A DNA stretch of 64,000 bases from Moniliella sp. 'wahieum' (Eukaryota), in NCBI GenBank assembly GCA_003971905.1, contig RSEE01000023.1:682001-746000 (forward strand), written 5' to 3'. Below the pieces are notes generated by a model that worked only from the letters and a program-made list of their open reading frames with translations, was not told the DNA's origin and made no database searches. The translations under genes were made by a program, and so were the position numbers. The first letter of the stretch is position 1, and each line of letters starts with the position of its first letter. Below are positions 49,101 to 60,509 of this stretch, one piece after another.

Positions 49101-51232
49101 TTCCAAGCTACCTCCATCTCCAATGATCCGGCGGAACTGGAGGGCCTGCTCGAAGTGCAGGGTCAAGCAATGGGACGATCCTTTGCTCCGGCCCGCCACC
49201 CAGTTGGACGAGGGAGGTAGATGAGGAGGAGTTGGGGGAGCATGCACCTTCGTACGGGGTGACGGATGTGATCTGGGATGACCAGAAGGACGCATTCGCT
49301 CCTGCGGCGCAAGCACGTCATGAACCGAGCTCTCTCCAGTCATGGCACGCCGCCGTGTGGCTGCCAAGGGAATTGGTGCGCCGTTGGAAGCATTTGCGCC
49401 CTTGATCGAGACGTTGCTCAATCAGGGGGTGCCATGTCTTCCAGCACCGAGACGGGCCACTTTTTCGCGTCGCGCTTCCCTGGCGTTTTCAAGTTGGCCG
49501 AGACGTTGAGTTGGAAACTATACTGAAGCGTGCCGTTGAAGTTGGCATCCTGGAGGATGTGCCTGAGAAGGCATTGTGGAGCTTCAGCCCGACTTTTGGG
49601 TTACCATCCTAGACCTTCACTTGTTCAAGCTTGGTAAGTTGCACGCCCGTGCCGCCTCGGGTCTGGAGGGTGAGTTGGACGTGTCTCCGATCCAAGCTCG
49701 TCTACACCAAGTGGTTAACGAGAATGGGTCGGCGCTGGAGGTATTTGGGCCTTTGGTGCAGGCTCTATTACGGTCCCGCGAGGCGGATGGGGTATCGGCC
49801 TCTCGTCTGCATGTGCGCACCCTTCTGTCGATTGAGCTGGAAGGCGGGTATGCCTCGCTGGGTGTGCGGGACTTTGATGAGTACATGGAATTAGCGAGGC
49901 CGCTGGCCTAGCCCTACCGGACTCCATGGCACCGACGGTTCATTCTCGACGCCCGATGGTACGCCCGTCTGCTCCAACTTCAACGGGCCGCTTTTCTTCC
50001 CCACAAGCGGCAATGGAGGGATTGTGCGGGCCCGTTGGCACGCTTGCTCCGACACAGGGCTCTTTCCTCTCGCCGCTGCTCCAGCGTGATGCCGACTTTT
50101 CTCTCACCATGGCCACCATGCCCTTTGCTGAGCGAGATCAGCACGAACCCTCTGCATACGTTCATGCCGTTGCTTGATATGATGCTCGCCCACGCCAGCG
50201 CAAGGAGCGCTCTGCCCATCATTCCCAAGCCATGGATTCGTAGCGCGCTGGAAGCCAACTTTGACTCACTCTACTCGCGTGTGGGCGTGCGCGGGTTCGA
50301 CGAGTACATTCAACTAGCCAAGGTTCGTATCGTTTCATTGCTCACCCCCGTTATTAACCCTCGCTGGATGTGCTTGCAGGATGCTCGTCTGTTGGGACCG
50401 TCTCCCGATACGAGACGGTGATCCCTTCTCCTTTCTGGCTTCGCACCCTTTCTTTCCTCCATCTTTCATACATCAAATCTCCAAACACTTCTAGTCCAGA
50501 AGAGCATGGCCTGGTCCAAGGCGAAGCTACTGACATCCCCATGACGATCCTCTGCAAGCGCTGTCCTCAGCTGAACGCGCTCTCCTTCGGTATATCGTTA
50601 AGGAAAAGGGCACCGTCGCTAGGGCATTTGCTACGTCCATGGACGAATACCTCAAACTGGGTGACCATGTGCCCAATCAGCCACTGAATGAAGTTGCTGA
50701 GGTGAGTGGATTCTCCTCCCCGTCGTGAACTACGTTTGGGTGTCATGATGCTGACCCTGCTCTGTTCGGCAACACGTAGAAGCTCGGTCTGTTCCAGGAG
50801 AACCCAGAAGCACCTTGGAGCTGGCTTTCCCAGCTCGCGGACCTCCACTTGGCCCTCTATCCCCACATCCCTCTTGAGGCTGAGCTAGAGATGGCCCGCA
50901 AGCTACCCCTCGAGCCCGACGACGTGATGGATCGGCTTTTGACCTGTCGCCAGGCCAGTGTGTTGGACGACCTGGCCACCATTGACCTTGCTGGCCTAAC
51001 GGCCGCGTTTGACCTTGGGCCTAGTGAGATGTCCGTGATTGGCCAACTTCAACTTGCTGGTCTCGTTACCGCCGTCCTTCAACACCCACCTGCCCACTTC
51101 TTGTCTCGTGTTCTGGCGTTGGATTCCCAGACCCCAGTGTATGGCAACATCCGCCTGGCTCCCGACTGGTGGCAGCAGTTTGTTCGTTTACACGCCGCCA
51201 CCCTTCGCATACAGGATCAGGCACATGGGTAA
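46176..51232 (+). CDS. NYN domain protein 2 with about 9-10 C-terminal ~75-aa repeats (LOTUS/OST-HTH-like by inference); start approximate
   Basis: NYN motifs CILWDFENCRIP, FQVYADW, NTAD..LITDAL and LLGD.DYGPMLRMLRNWHHEVVLV. Repeat consensus F.PL...L...P..Y...G...W/FD.Y...A...G.V....V.L.P.W...L..L. Confidence 0.75.
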
Positions 51233-51522
51233 TCATACACGCCATGTATCGGCCCAGAGAGACCACCTACACACACGTTGCCGGCCATGGCGTTGGCCAC
51301 AGTGTTAGCGTACACTACCTACAGGATCTATAGACGAAACACAGACATAGAGCTGTGCAAAGAGTTGCACATTTTGGGGGGGTGGTACAAGGCGATGGAC
51401 ACTTTGGGTCGTCATGTGTGGCCAGAACCAAGGGCAGGCAGCAGGGTGCCTGAGGCTCTGAGGGCATGCACCACAAAATAGGCCAAGGCCAAGGCAGGCA
51501 TGGGAAGAGCAAAACAAGGAGT

Positions 51523-52147
51523 TTACACGCTCTTGAAGTTCTTGCCCACACCGCCGGCAGCCCTTCATCTGCTGCTTGGAGAGCTTGGGAGCCGCGGCGG
51601 AACCGGCCTTCTTGGCCTCCTTGCGAGCCTCGGCACGCGCCTTCTTCTCCTCCTTGGACTTGGACTTGGCCGCGTCGCGGGCCGCCGAGCGCACTTCGGG
51701 CTTCTGGTTGCGCTTGGCCTGGATGTTAGCCAGCGAGAGACCGACCACACCACGCTGGTGCTTGACCGTCTTGCGCGAGCGCTTCTTGGCCACCTCCTCC
51801 GAGATGCCCTTCTTGTGCATGCGGCGGAAGTACACCGTCCAGGCAATCTTACGCGGGTTCTTGCGCTGCAGGAACAGCTGCTCGGTCTTGTGCGAGTTGA
51901 AGCGGTAGACCTTGCCGTCACCAGAGCGCACAAACAGGCGGCCCCGGCTGGGGTACCTTGCGCAGCGAGAAAGAGTCCGTCTCCACCTGTCCCACCGCAG
52001 AGGCTGGTCAGTTTCCATCCTGCCGCCACCGCCTTGTGGCATCCGAAGAGCACCCAAGGCAGAAAAGGGGACACGGAACGTCCGCCCCACGGTGCCCAGG
52101 CGTGCGGACGACACGAGGAGGCCATCCCCGAGTACACGTACCTTCAT
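51523..52147 (-). CDS. RPL24: 60S ribosomal protein eL24
   Basis: MK|intron|[72 protein letters not shown]. Confidence 0.96.
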
Positions 52148-52962
52148 CTTGACTTGAGCGAGTTGGGTAGCGTCGAGAGGACAGGACCGTCAGCTGGCGT
52201 GTGGCCGTCTGAAGCCCGCAACGCTGCTGGACCATTACGTCAGGGAGGAGCATTTGATTGCGCCGATGCGGATGTATTGGGCGGCAACGTATCAGTATGA
52301 ATGCATAACCCTAATTAACCCATTTTGCCTTCAATCGCGCTGCAACCCTATTGTCCTGTCGCGTCGGGGCCCCAACTCAACCGCAGAGATTTCAAGCCGG
52401 TCATTTAACTGGGTGGGTGCTGGCATGCTGCTGTTACGCTGTTCTGTAGTTGATGGGCGATTCAACGCACTTGGACATGGGAATCTCCACCTTTTCCCTC
52501 ATTTCCTCTTCTCTCCGCCTGCAAAGGGATGGCGCATGTGGGCTTGTAGAAGCCCGGTACGATGTGTTCTTTGGGATAGCTAATCCATGGAACTCCTCAC
52601 TTGGAAACCAACGAACTGGCAGCCAGTTCCTTCCGTTTGAGCAAAATACGCCTGTGGTTGCTTTGAATCTTTCGCGTTTCGTATAGCCGCCTGTCAGGGC
52701 CAGTGGCATGCTTGCTATGCCGAAGCGGCGACGCTGCCATGCCGCTAACCATCATTCCTGATCTGTGGGGGATGGACAGCCCAATATTGCGGCCAGATAC
52801 TTTGCTGGAGGACGACTACAGTTGCTTCATGGCATCCACACAGATTGCAGCATCGCGTAACATCAAGCGGAGAGAACAGCGGTATTATCGGCCGTTAGGG
52901 GCCGGAGGACAAGAGGATCAGACGCTACCATCGATCCCGGAGAGACCAACCAGGGGACAATT

Positions 52963-55072
52963 CTAAATGTCATCGTGGGCAATCCCCAAGACTCTGCCAT
53001 TTGCCATCATGGCTTTGGGGCGAGCCGGAGCAGCTGGGGAGCGGTTCTGAGGGCGGACAAGGTGGGGGAAGAGCAACCGGATAGGGAAGCACATGGTACG
53101 CAAGGCGAGGAGGAGCACGCGTAGGACGAGGTGGGCCAGGGTGCGCATGACCCGCTTAAACAAGCTGGACGGATGGGACGCTGGGAAACGACTGTCATGC
53201 GTGCCAGCTGCGGTCCAGCGGACTGCCTCGGTATCCCGTCCTCCCAACGCAACGGCCATCAGACGAGGCAGTTGCGCAAGCACCGCTGTCCACATATGGC
53301 TGGGGAAGGAGACGATTCGCAGGACAAGCAGATAGGCCAACGTCCGTGCCAGGTTCCGTTTTCGCCGACTCACCACCGCAACCGTTTGGTTGGCATGGCC
53401 AGCCGGCACACCATTCGCCCCCCGCGGTCCTCCTTCTTCCACCATCACAACAGGGTAGCCAAAGTAAGGGTTGGCCGAATCGTACCGAGAGAGGGTGCGG
53501 GGCGGGCGAGAAGAATGAGAGTGTGGTCCGGACAAGGATGCGGATGGAGATCCTTGAGGTGGTACAACTTGTGTGCTGCCTGGGTGACTGTCTCTTCCGT
53601 CGGTAGGCTTCCCACCGGCGAGCTGGGACGACTAGGCAAGGGAGTAGCAAACCTCGATCCAGCAGGCGAAACGACCCGGCTTGAGACGGGCGTGACAAAG
53701 CGGGATGTAGGAGTCTGGCAGAAACGAAGCACTGGGTCAGAACGCCAAACCAAATGCGAGAGGGAGAAGTGACGTACTGTTCCCATGCCGGAGCCGGCCA
53801 CCGACTTGAAGTCATCATAGACGTCGCCGGTTGGTTCGGATGTGCGTAGCTGCTGCGCTCCCATTGCTCTCCAGGAACCCAGCACGACCATTTTTGCAAA
53901 CCCGTGTTGGTAGATGCATGAACGGCAGGACGATAGAGGTCATGTTGAGGTGGGGGGGTCTTGGCATCATCCGCACCTACATTAAGGGGATACCCGGCGG
54001 TGGACAAACCAGGCTCGTACCAGATCTTGCGCACGTCGGCGGCGCCGGCAGGAAAACGGACGCGTTCAGCTGCGGAAGGAGGTAAGATCTTTTTGGCAAA
54101 CGCCCACAAGCCTGCGTGGATCCAACCAAAGCCAACCACATGCACCCGACCAGAGCGAAACAAAGTGGCGTTTCGACAGACGCTCCAATTCCGGCAGCAG
54201 CTCCATCCCGGCCTTGGCAATCGAAAGCGAGTTCATCCCCTGGCTGGGACGCAGGTCAATGACAAGCGTACCTTGTACCACTGGTGTCGTCAGCCTTTCC
54301 TTTACGGACGCTTGGTACGCATTGTCGATGGCCAGCCGCGCCATTTCCAGCCCCGCAAGCAAATATGCATCCACACCACTGATTTCGTCCCCTTCCTTGT
54401 GCAGGAAAGCCTCCACCTCGTCGATCACCTCGGTATCTGACACCGCCTCCTTCGCCACCTCCCCCGGCTCGTCGAGCAAAGTCAAACGTCCATCCATCTC
54501 TACCGCCTGGTGCCCAGGAAAGGTGGACGACGACGGAACAGGGGCCGAGTGGAAAGAGAAGAAGCTGTCAGGGTTCGAATGGAGGCAACCACAAGAGGAC
54601 GTCGGTGGGCATCGGCCAACTCGTCGTTCATCCAAAACAATGGCGAGCAGTGTCGGAAGCCGAGCCATAGTCGCTGCTGGACAGGTGGGGATCGCCAGAA
54701 ACAAGACTAGGAGGTGGTGCGGCGAGCGGGAGGATGGTCCAAATGCCGCGCTCTTGTTGGCCAGGCATGCGGACCAGTAGCTTCCAAGCCAGCGATTGGG
54801 CCATGGCCAGGGCGGCCAAGCGTACGTCTCCTTCGACCTTACGGATAATTCGGAACAGATGTGCATCGTCCCGCACCATCGACAGAGCATACAGTCTCCT
54901 GCGCTCGGCGCCCACGGGGCCCAAGTAGCCGGCCACGTGCGTGAGGACAAGGGGGAACACGTGGCGGGCCAGCTCGGCCCGCAGCTGCTCCAGCAGCGAT
55001 TGCGTCGGGGGGCTGGGCAATCGCAATGCTGCGCCACGCGTCGGGAGTGGAGGGGGCCTTGGAGTAGGACAT
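52963..55072 (-). CDS. CRAL-TRIO (Sec14-like) lipid-binding protein with hydrophobic C-terminal segments
   Basis: LEMARL..VVQGTLVIDL..MELLP..KRHF..HVVGFGWIHAGLWAFAKKILPPSAAERVRF, plus SANPYFGYPV and C-terminal LAYLLVLRI. Confidence 0.72.
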
Positions 55073-55996
55073 GGTGGGGGGGGGGGAGGCACGAGGAAGG
55101 TGAGTGGTTCGTTCCTACCACCAAACGGACGGAATGCCCACAGCGCGCAATGGGCAGGACGGAGGCAGGCAGGTAGGTGGAAGCAGCGTTGCTTGGCGCG
55201 CTCGGCCGTGTTGGTATCGACGAGGATGATGGGTGATCTCCCCACTCTGCCCTTCCACCGCGGCACTGTAGCGCAGCAGAAAATCACGCCGCGCTTTTTG
55301 CTTTCACGCGACGCTGCGCCTGATTAGGCGATTTGGGCGCCGGACGTCCTGGGCGCCACCTGCCATGGGCGCCATTTTGAGGCTGGTGGGTTTCTGCCAC
55401 GTTCAGCCTGGGCAGAGGCTCTAGCACGCCCGAGTCCACCATCCTCCACCACCACTGCGTACCATACTCAGTACACTGTTCGGCACCATCCAACGTATAG
55501 TCAGCTGGCATCCGCGCTTCCACACCTCCCCTCTGACACCTGTTCGCACACTCTTTGCGATACAGTTCAGACGGATACAACATCGCCCCCGTTCGTCCCC
55601 TCCCACAGGTAAACGACAGAGAGAGGACAAAGACAGGCCAATGCGAGAGGGCCCAACGTTATATCACAGTCTCTGAAACGAAAGCGGTAGGTCTGATGGA
55701 TCTTACGGGGGGGGCACAGCTTCAGCTTGCGAATGGCTGCTCCTATAATGTGGGCGACGACAGCGAGAAAAGGAGAGTTGACCATGGCTGATTCTACTCT
55801 CCACGGCGGCGCGAACCGAAAACCGTACGCTTCTCGTACGTTGTGAGTGGGGAGGCGGATAGGGGAGGGAAGAGGACTACGGTTCCCAAACGAAAGTGTT
55901 GATCCTACCCCAGAAGGTACATGCCACTTGGCATTGACCGGGGCTGATTTATGTGGAGGTCATGACGGCGGCCAGATTGCGGAAAACAATTGAAGG

Positions 55997-56449
55997 TCAC
56001 GACCGACGGGTGCAAACCTGGCACCCCCCAGGTCTCGCATGAAAACGCGTCATTCACGACGCCGAAATGCCGCACCCTGTTGGATCCTCTTCGCCATCCG
56101 ACTCTGTCTGGGTTCGGTGCTCCATTCAATATTCGAGGCAGCACAGCTCTTACATTGCTGAGCACAGGGCAATAGATATATTAGTTTGGGCAGGGCAGCA
56201 AGGCGCACCAGCGCCACCGCAGGAGACTACCGGGTGTATACAGTAGAGCATGTTGGCGCGTAGGGGATGTAGACTCCGATAGAATGGTACAATCGTCGTC
56301 CTGCCTGCAGGGGTCCACACCACTTTATGACAAACAAGAGAATCATCAGGGACAAACTCACCTTGGTGCTGGTCGCATCGCACTAGCGCCCCCATGGACT
56401 GAAGCGGCAAAAGCAAAAGCAAGTGCAACGCAACCAACCCATCCTCCAT
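55997..56449 (-). CDS. Candidate small secreted cysteine-rich protein (two putative introns)
   Basis: MEDGLVALHLLLLLPLQSMGA-LVRCDQHQ, intron GTGAGT..CAG, LYCIHP, intron GTAGT..CTAAT..CAG, QCKSC...CQVC. Needs indel corrections. Confidence 0.35.
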
Positions 56450-56659
56450 CCAACTTGTGGAGAGTTGGATTCCGCTCACCCCAACGCGACGATGGATGCC
56501 TCCTCCACGCCTCTCCTTGCTGGCTTGTTGGCGCTGAGGGGGGCGAGGAGGAAGGACAATGTTGGGAAGGCCGCGTTGTCGGCGCCACCAGTTGGTGCGA
56601 CGAACGATGCTGGCTGTAAGTGGGGGGCAGGGGGGGTTAGTTTGGAATCGGGTACCTAC

Positions 56660-58329
56660 TCATGTCAAACGAGGGGTGGGGTGGGACGTACGATTAAACA
56701 AGAACCACCATTTGCGCAAGAAGCGTTCGGACAGTTCGTACGCCTCGGGATCGAAGAGGTCATCGCCATGGACTATGTAAGCCGTGTCCCACACATTGTC
56801 CGATTCCAGCGCCCACATATCGGCGCACAAGTCGAATTGGCTAAAGTGGCCGGCCCACAGGTGCCGCAACACCTCGTCCCGCACCGACTGCCAGGGAAAG
56901 CACGCGTCAATAAAAAAGTGATGCGGTACCGTCGCAGCCAACTGGCTGGGATGCAATGCGTCGGGTACCACATGCCACCGCAACTGTCCTTGTGGCCGTT
57001 TGCGTGAGGGACCACGCAAAAGTGGCTCGTCCTGCCAATCGGACGAGGAAGTAAGTGAGGCACGGGGGGCAGTGGGTGCGCCCACTGCACCAGGCGAGAG
57101 GCGCATCGACATGGAATCCGAGCCAGGCTCCGTGGTGGAACAGTACTGCGCAAAGTCGTCGGCCAAATAGGAGAGTTGGTACTCATCGTCCCAGACGGCC
57201 AGCTCAATGCCAAGGAGCTCCCTCATGCGATAATACACGTGCTCGACAGGGAAGGTAGGCAGAACGCGAGTGTCATTCCACGCACTGGCCAACAGAGCCT
57301 TGGAGAACAGGTCCGGAGAAAACCAACTTGGGTCGGACCCACGGCTCGGCCGCTTGGCCACAACGCCACGTGGTTCCTTAGATGCCTCTCGGTCTGTTTG
57401 GAATGTAGGTGGGGGCACCAACAGAGTACTCGCGAACAGCCCTGGGCTTGGTATCCATTCCCCCGACTTGCCATTGCAATCCAAGGGTGGATTGTTGGTC
57501 AAAAGAGAAGGGGTGGAAGGATTGGTAGGCAGCATGTCCCGAACAGAGCGGGCGTGGCAGGACTGGCATCACCTGTTCCCACCACGGAACCGAAACTTTC
57601 CTCATTGGCACCACTCTTCTCGACGGGAGACGTGTCGTGGCGCGGTGTGCGATCACCTCGGTGTCTCCGTCCTCACGATCGACAGAATCCAAGCCGGCCG
57701 CCAAGGCAGTGTAGAAGGCCACAGCCTCGCGCCGCATGGCATCCCGTCCAGTTCCTGCGGCCCCACTGCAGACGTGGGTGCATCGCGTGCGTAGGTAAGC
57801 CATGTTTCGAGGCATCGGCATCGGACGAGGCGCATGGGGATGACGTGGAAGCCGACGAGGCGGACGTGGCGTCAGGTCGGGGGCCAGCTTCCCGAGGCCA
57901 GACTGGACTGTCGCAGTGGGTCGGGTTGGGCACGGGGGTGAGCCATGGGACGGGCGGGGCCAGCGCAGAAAGGTCCAACAAGGGGTCCAGCAACTGCGGC
58001 AGATCGGCATCGGTTGAGAGGGGAGGCACCGCGCTTGCATCGAGTGGTGGTGGCGGCTTGCTCGCGTGGAGGGGCAGCGACAGCACAGCGGGATCGTAGA
58101 CGAGAGGAGGCGGAGGGGCGTGAGAGACGGGGATGGCACGGGAGACTTGGGCGGTCGGGCTTGCGCGACACGGTCGGACGCACTCGCCCCACTTCTCGCA
58201 GCGAAGATGGCGCGCCCTGGGCATCGGGTCAAAGCCACGCTTGCGCAGGCGCAAGCGCGTCTGGGCCAGACGGTTCTGCTCCCTTCGTCTCCGTTGGCGT
58301 GCTTGGAGCTCCTCGGGGGTGAGGACCAT
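56660..58329 (-). CDS. bZIP-basic-region plus DUF3425 domain transcription factor
   Basis: N-terminal RRRREQNRLAQTRLRLRK. C-terminal LHPSQLAATVPHHFFIDACFPWQSVRD..DPEAYELSERFLRKWWFLF (DUF3425-type). Confidence 0.8.
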
Positions 58330-58976
58330 GGGCGGACGACCATCGGTGGTGAGGGTGGACGGGGGGGCAGGGGTGGTAAGGGCGGGGAGGGCGGGATGGA
58401 GGATGGTGGGAGCGAACCAAGCGCCTGGTTCGATCGGATCAATGGGAGGGGTGATGTGGATCGCGGCTGTGGTACTGAAGGTTCAGTCGAACGTTGAAGA
58501 GTGATGGGCCGATGCGGATGGATGATGGATAGGGCGTGACACGTGACATGTGACATGTGATCGGTGGGTGATTGGGGGTCGATGGTCGATGACCGATCTG
58601 AGCATCTGAGATCTCAGGCGAAGCGAGGCGCTCCCCCCAAGTCAAAGTGGGGCGGCGACTCGAGCTTCGCCACAGCGAACGCCGATGACGTCCACACTGG
58701 CCGGAGGCCTTCAAGGTCTGGCTGGACCAGGGGCTTGGGGAGGCAGGCACTCGCTAGTCCTTTGGAGCCATTCCATCTTCCATCTTCCGTCTTCCATCTG
58801 CAAGCTTCAAGCTTCAATCCTCATTAACCTCATTCATGTCGCAGCATGTCGTATCAACGTATCAACGTTGAACGTTCAACGTTCAACCCCTTCTCCTCAT
58901 CCTGTCTTCCACACCTATCCAATTGGGGGTGCAGCCACAAGGAACAATGGTAGCGTGTCTGCTCATCGGCTCATCC

Positions 58977-59519
58977 TCATCGGGACTCCCATACTTGCAT
59001 GTCAAATCCCTCCACCAGCGCCGGGTCGTCCTGCTCCCACACACAAAGGGACGAATCGCCGGTACGGTAAGCAAACAGACATCGCAGGTTGGCGTATGGG
59101 GGCACATCGGACCGGCAGAGGACTTACCTTGTAGGTGGGGCCGAATCCGGCAAAGCCATCGCGCAAGACCAGGATCTGCTGTGGGGCCAGGGGCACCTTG
59201 GCCTGGCGCGCAAAGGCTGCCCGGGCCTCCGAGTAGATGCGCGCCGCCTTGGGCCCTCGTGCTTGGGACAGGTGGCAGTGGAAGACGACCTTTGACTTGT
59301 CCTTCAGCTCCTGGACCAAGTCGGACACGAGCGTGTCCGCCTGGGCGTCGCCGCGGGCGAGGTGGACGGTAGGCCTGTTGAGAGCACCGAGGATGTGGCC
59401 GCCAACAAAGTCGTCGTCGCGTGCGTCGACAATGGCGAGCTGGTCGCGCGTACGGGCATCTTTGAGCTGGGCAGCGAGGTCGGAGGCGTTGATGTACGTG
59501 TAGGCAGCGTGAAGGACAT
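58977..59519 (-). CDS. Cdc25-like rhodanese phosphatase / arsenate reductase (Ych1/Ibp1/Acr2 family)
   Basis: IVDARDDDFVGGHILGA, active site VFHCHLSQARGP (HCX5R) and VLRDGF. Intron near 59031-59127; last exon DDPALVEGFD..WESR*. Confidence 0.88.
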
Positions 59520-60509
59520 GCCAACGGGGCGAGCGGAAGCAGGCAGACAAGGCTGGGGTGAGGGTGCCAACGCCCGAGCGCATTGCGCGGTGGGCGTTCC
59601 GAAGCCAGGACAGAAGCGGTGGATTGCGGGTGGCGGCAAGGTTGGTAGGTGCTCTGCCAGCGCCAGGCGCTGTTGTTGCAGGGACGCAGATGGACGGGAT
59701 GCAATGGTGATGCGCCAGGTCTGTCACTGTGACATGCATAGTGACTAGCTTGAAGCTCGACGGAGAAGCGCAGCCGCATGTCAGACCACAGTGACTAGTG
59801 ACATGCACATGCGACGAGCGCTGCCCTGTGTTGCAAGGGTTTTGTTACCACTAGTACCTGCGGTTACCGGTTACCTGTCACTTGTGTTACTCTTCGCGGT
59901 ACTCGGTACACTTCGTCATACTCATGCTGCCGCGCGCAACGCGTAACGCGTTACGTGTAACATGTACCGACTTTTGGCATGTCCTCCTGTCCTCAACACG
60001 CCTCAGGGCCTCCGAACTGAGGCTCAGTTCTGAGGGGGCTCATCGATTTCATCCATCGACCTAACCCGATCTTCAGGTGTCGCCGCCACCGCAACCAAAC
60101 CGGCATGGCAGGGCACCTGGTCAGGCGGCAATGCCGCTGACGGGCTGCGCACACGTTGAACCAACACCCCATTCCGCCCATTCCGCTGGGCATTCCTCGG
60201 CTGCCGCCCAGGCAGGGCTGATGCATGATGCATGATGCTCGGGAGGGAGAGGGAGCGGGACGTACCAGGGCCCTGGCCCGCCCGCAGCCTCCCGCACTCG
60301 CCCGGCCTTGGCTGTGCTCGGCCGGGGCAGGCATGAGCATGGTGTGGGATGCCGCGGACGTGGTGTGGATGAGATCGATGACGCAGGGCAGCGATCGCAT
60401 CCATAGTCAATCTAGTCAATGGCGCAGCCAACTCACGCACACCCTCCCTCCCTCCCATCCCAGCCTCACCCCCACCGCCACCGCCACCTCCACCACCATC
60501 TCGCGCGCC

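Noticed and set aside
51278..51481. 67-aa ORF between the NYN gene and RPL24
   Set aside because: It starts at TTG, has no recognisable motif and lies in the convergent 3' UTR zone. Not supportable.
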